NCBI RefSeq assembly: GCF_001447785.1
Contig: NW_015162029.1
Span: 112,343-176,342 of the forward strand
Origin: Gekko japonicus
Taxonomy: Eukaryota
Reading direction: 5' to 3'
DNA length: 64,000 nt
Shown here: one piece after another, positions 60,091 to 64,000 of the stretch
Layout of the letters: every line of letters starts with the position of its first letter
Numbering within the stretch: position 1 is the first letter of the stretch
The notes under the pieces: generated by a model
What the model was told of the DNA's origin: nothing
Seen by the model: only the letters and a program-made list of their open reading frames with translations
Database searches by the model: none
Position numbers and translations under genes: made by a program

Positions 60091-63000
60091 TTCTTCGTGG
60101 TCTCTGTGCATCACACCTCTGGGATATAGTGCGCCTTTGCCGACCTCGATCGGTTCCTCTTGAAAAGCAAAAGGGATTTTCGTGCCCGCTCCCAGTCACG
60201 CACCAGCCCCACTGCGCATGACCAAAGGAGGGGCATGACAATCCTGCCAGTTCTTCGCCTTCTTTCTTGTTTTTTATTAAGTGAAAGGACATTGTTACTA
60301 CAGATTCATTGTTTTTTTCGGACTTCATCGTTCGGTTTCTTTTTCACAGACTGCATGTGCTATGAGGGACATCCCAGTTTGAGAGCCAGTTTGGTGTAGT
60401 GGTTAAGTGTGTGGACTCTAATCTGGGAGAACCGGGTTTGATTCCCCACTCCTCCACTTGCACCTGCTGATGTGACCTTGGGTCAGTCACAAGCTCTGGC
60501 ACAGCTGTCCTTGAAAAAGAGCAGTTTGTGTCAGAGTTCTCTCAGCCCCACCCACCTCACAGGGTGTCTGTTGTGGGGAGGGGAAGGGAAAGGAGTTTGT
60601 AAGCCGCTCTGAGACTCCAAGTGAAGGGCGGGGTATAAATCCAATCTCTCCTCTCTCTCTCTCAAGAGGTGGCGTTTCTTTAAACGGTGCCTCAAGTGCG
60701 GTAGTAAAATCGCTCCCCCGGACGGACACTCATTTTGTCTTCTGTGCCTTGGGGAATCGCACCGAGTGGACTCTTGTGCACATTGCGTGAAGTTCTTGAA
60801 GCAGATGAGAAAGAACAGAGCTACTAGACTTCGCATTGCGCTTTTGGAGTTGGCGCTCTCACCGATGTCTTTATAGGACACTTTACGTGCATTGTCCCCG
60901 ATACTGACTAACTCAAATGTCGACCGCCCAATGCTGAAACGCTCAGCCCAGACATCTCAGACCTTAGCCCATACTCCCTCCAAAAATGCAGGGAAGGAAA
61001 GGACGATCAGCCAGTCAAGCACAAAAGGCATAAGAAAACTCCCCCTGTGCAAACTCCGCTGACCCCTCGGAGGGCCACAGAATCGAATCTTGTGGGGGCT
61101 GCTTCACTTGACTCTTCGAGCCGAGAGCAGCCACAAGGTGTACTGCGGTCGCCTTCACTGCGTCCCATCCAGTTCACTGACTCTGAGCACGGTATGGACT
61201 TGACGCAAATCTCCCGGTCTTCCAGTGTCGAAAGCCTACACTCCAACCGTGGAGCTGACACCTTTGTTCATCCTTCACCGTTCCAACCCAATGATCAAGA
61301 ATGGCCATCGGCACCGATCCACCCGCCGCCACCCCCCTGGGATCAGTGGCAATGGCAATACCAGTATGGGGCCTATCCATTCTCGAGTGGCATGCCATGG
61401 TTCCCACCCCAGCTCGTGGACTGGGACCGTCAGTCTACCTCCTCCTGGCTCTCTCAGTATCGAGATCCTCCACCGATGCTGGAGTTTATGCGGCTTCAGC
61501 CATCGAGACCGACGGGCAAACCTTCCAAACCACCACCTCCGATAGTTCCCAAGTTTAAAGGGCCATTGGACCCGGTCCCATCAACACCGATGTTGCCTAT
61601 TTCATTTTCTGAACTGTCTGAACATGCCGTCTCTTCTGACACCGCCTCCCAATCAGGAGATGAAAACCCCAATCCTCAGATGGAACCCTCGCCACCTCAA
61701 CAAGTGGGCGATGATCTTCCGATTTCTCTGTCAGAGGATCTCAAATCTCATGGGGACTTTATCAAACGGATGGCAAACACGTTGACCCTGTCTAAGGTGC
61801 AACCCCTGCCTACCGTAATGGACTCTGTGTTCGATATCATACAGATGGGCACCTCTACCCCAATAGCCTTACTGATGATGTCGGTCCTGCTTCAGGCGGC
61901 TAAAATCCCATGGTCTTACCTGGCATCTACCCCTGCCTCGAGCCGGACAGTAGATCATATGTATAAGGTGCAGGAGCAAGGTGCTGAGTTTTTATTCACC
62001 CACCCTAAACCTAATTCCGTTGTAGTCACCTCTTCTTCCAAAGGCAGACACAGTCATTCCACCTCTCCCAAGAAAGAAGGGAGAAAAATTGATTTGTTTG
62101 GAAGAAAATTTTATTCAGCTGGAGCACTTGGCATCAAGACTTCAAACTATACTGCATGTATGGGCAGATATCAGTTTGCTCTCTGGGAGCAGATGTCCGA
62201 GTTTATTGCAACCCTCCCTGAGGACTCTGTCAGGCTCGCAGAATTCAAAAGGAGGGAATGCTTTTGGCCAGACATCAGCTCAATGCAGCTAAACACACAC
62301 TGGATGTGGCCGCCAAAAGGCTGACTTCAGCAGCTACCCTCCAACGACATGCCTGGTTGCATTCTACTGCCTTACCACAGGACACCAGGACTCTCATTGA
62401 AGACCTCCCATTCGAGGGTGAGGGCCTCTTCAGTGCCACGACTGATACGGTCCTGCAAGACCTAGATAAAAGCAGAAAGACGTCACAGACTTTAGGAGTC
62501 ATGTTGGCTCCTAAACTATCCAAAGCAAAATCCCGGAACAAGCCATGGTCTCGCAGATCTTCTCTTAAGTCATTCTCAAAAACACAGTGGCAACGCTCAC
62601 CCACCGTGTCTTCTCGCCCTTACGGGTACAAACCAAAACTCTCATCCGCCACTCAGCCTAGGGCTAAGAATCCAAAAGCTCCCAAGGATAGCCTTTGACT
62701 CCTGTCGTTCCACCCCTACCCGCCTGTCTCCCTACCTGGCTGCCTGGCAGCGAATAACGTCAGACCACTGGGTACTCTCCGTCATCGAAAAAGGGTACCT
62801 CATAGAATTTATCCAGATACCCGAGGCCCCCAACTTCATACTTAACACACCATCCAGTACGCTCCTGGAAGGAATCCAGAACCTTCTTCAAAAGGACACT
62901 ATAGAACCAGTCCCGACAGCACGGTGTCAACACAGGTTCTACTCCCGTTATTTTACAGTTCCCAAAAAAGACAGAGGTCTCTGTCCTGTTATGGACCTCA

Positions 63001-64000
63001 GGGGACTCAACCGGTTTATTTCCTATCGGAAATTCCGAATGACAACATTACAAAGCATTCTTCCCCTTCTCAGCAAAGGTGTCTGGATGGTGACCATGGA
63101 CTTGCAAGATGCATATTTTCATATAACTATCCACCCATCTCACAGGAAGTTTTTGCGTTTTGCAGTCGTGGAAGGCCATTTTAAGTACAAAGCCCTCCCT
63201 TTTGGACTCTCAACGGCACCCAGAGTCTTTACAAACATTATTATTGTCATTGCAGCGTATCTCCGTCTCCAGAGTGTACGGATCTTTCCATACATAGACA
63301 ATTGGTTGTTGATAGCAAGCTCCCGAGAGACTCTGCTCAACCATATTGACTTGATGCTGGTAACCCTAGAGGTGTTGGTCCTGAGGGTGAACCTAAAAAA
63401 AGTCAATGCTAATTCATTGAGAGTCCAGTTTATTGGACTGATTTTGGATTCGACTGTCTGTCAAGCTTTTCTCCCTCCCCAAAAGGCGGGAGACATTATC
63501 GCTCTCATCAACCTGATAAGAACACAGGGAGATGCGTCAGCAAAGCAGATCCAACAGCTCTTGGGTCTGATGGCTGCCACCACAGCGGTACTTGTCTTCG
63601 CCAGACTACAGATGAGACCACTTCAGCTGTGGTTCCTTAAACGTTTCCATCCACAGTGGTAGCTTCAATCTCAATGGTTCGTGCTACCTGTGCAAGTGCT
63701 GAATTCCCTACAGTGGTGGGAAACTCCAGACAACCTCCTTCAGGGAGCCCCATTTCTTGCACCCAGCCCCGAAATGACCCTAACTACGGATGCATCCCTG
63801 TGGGGATCGGAGGCTCACCTCCAAGGTATGTGTGTGGGCACCAAGTGGGAACCTTATGTGGCCCACAAGCACATCAACTTCCTGGAACTGCTCGCCATCC
63901 AGTATGCCCTAATGTCCTTTCGCCACCTCATGGCTCACCGTACAGTGGCAATCCTGACAGACAACACCACCACACTGTGCTACCGGAACAGGCAAGGCGG
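60091..64000 (+). mobile_element. Second, younger DIRS1-like retrotransposon (left terminus, gag, RT, RNase H; runs off the window)
   Basis: Starts ttcttcgtggtctctgtgca; FKRCLKCG..DGHSFCLLCLGESH..CAHC; LAP2alpha-like domain (HPKPNS..RHAWL..IEDLPFEG); RT DLRGLN..DLQDAYFH..LPFGLSTAPRVFT..YIDN; RNase H TDASLWG..HINFLEL..TDN. Stops and frameshifts. Confidence 0.94.
60381..60663 (+). mobile_element. Squam3B-type SINE inserted at the start of the DIRS gag
   Basis: Full head and boxes, (TC)n tail. Confidence 0.88.

Overview
Eukaryotic DNA, not prokaryotic, most likely from a gecko: it carries Squam3B-type SINEs, a Sauria SINE and BovB. The window lies inside B3GLCT (beta-1,3-glucosyltransferase, the Peters-plus gene) on the + strand. 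Nine internal coding exons (orthologous to human exons 2-10) were found by hand with canonical AG/GT sites and one continuous reading frame; the ORF track does not recover them. Exon 1 and exons 11 onward lie outside the window. The introns are filled with transposon fossils: L1, CR1, L2, BovB and RTE-X-like LINEs, a chromodomain-bearing Gypsy with its 3' LTR, an older antisense Gypsy, two DIRS1 tyrosine-recombinase retrotransposons, two non-autonomous Helitrons, several hAT-type MITEs with 8-bp TSDs, Penelope-like termini with decayed hammerhead ribozymes, and SINEs. Two assembly gaps and a cluster of tandem duplications in intron 7 are present. I found no convincing new protein-coding system. 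The best candidates for undescribed biology are an 885-bp CpG-rich, TSD-flanked, L1-mobilised short retroposon, a MITE terminus replaced by a locally templated insertion, and a Helitron built from captured MITE fragments. Family names come from recall of consensus motifs, not database searches.
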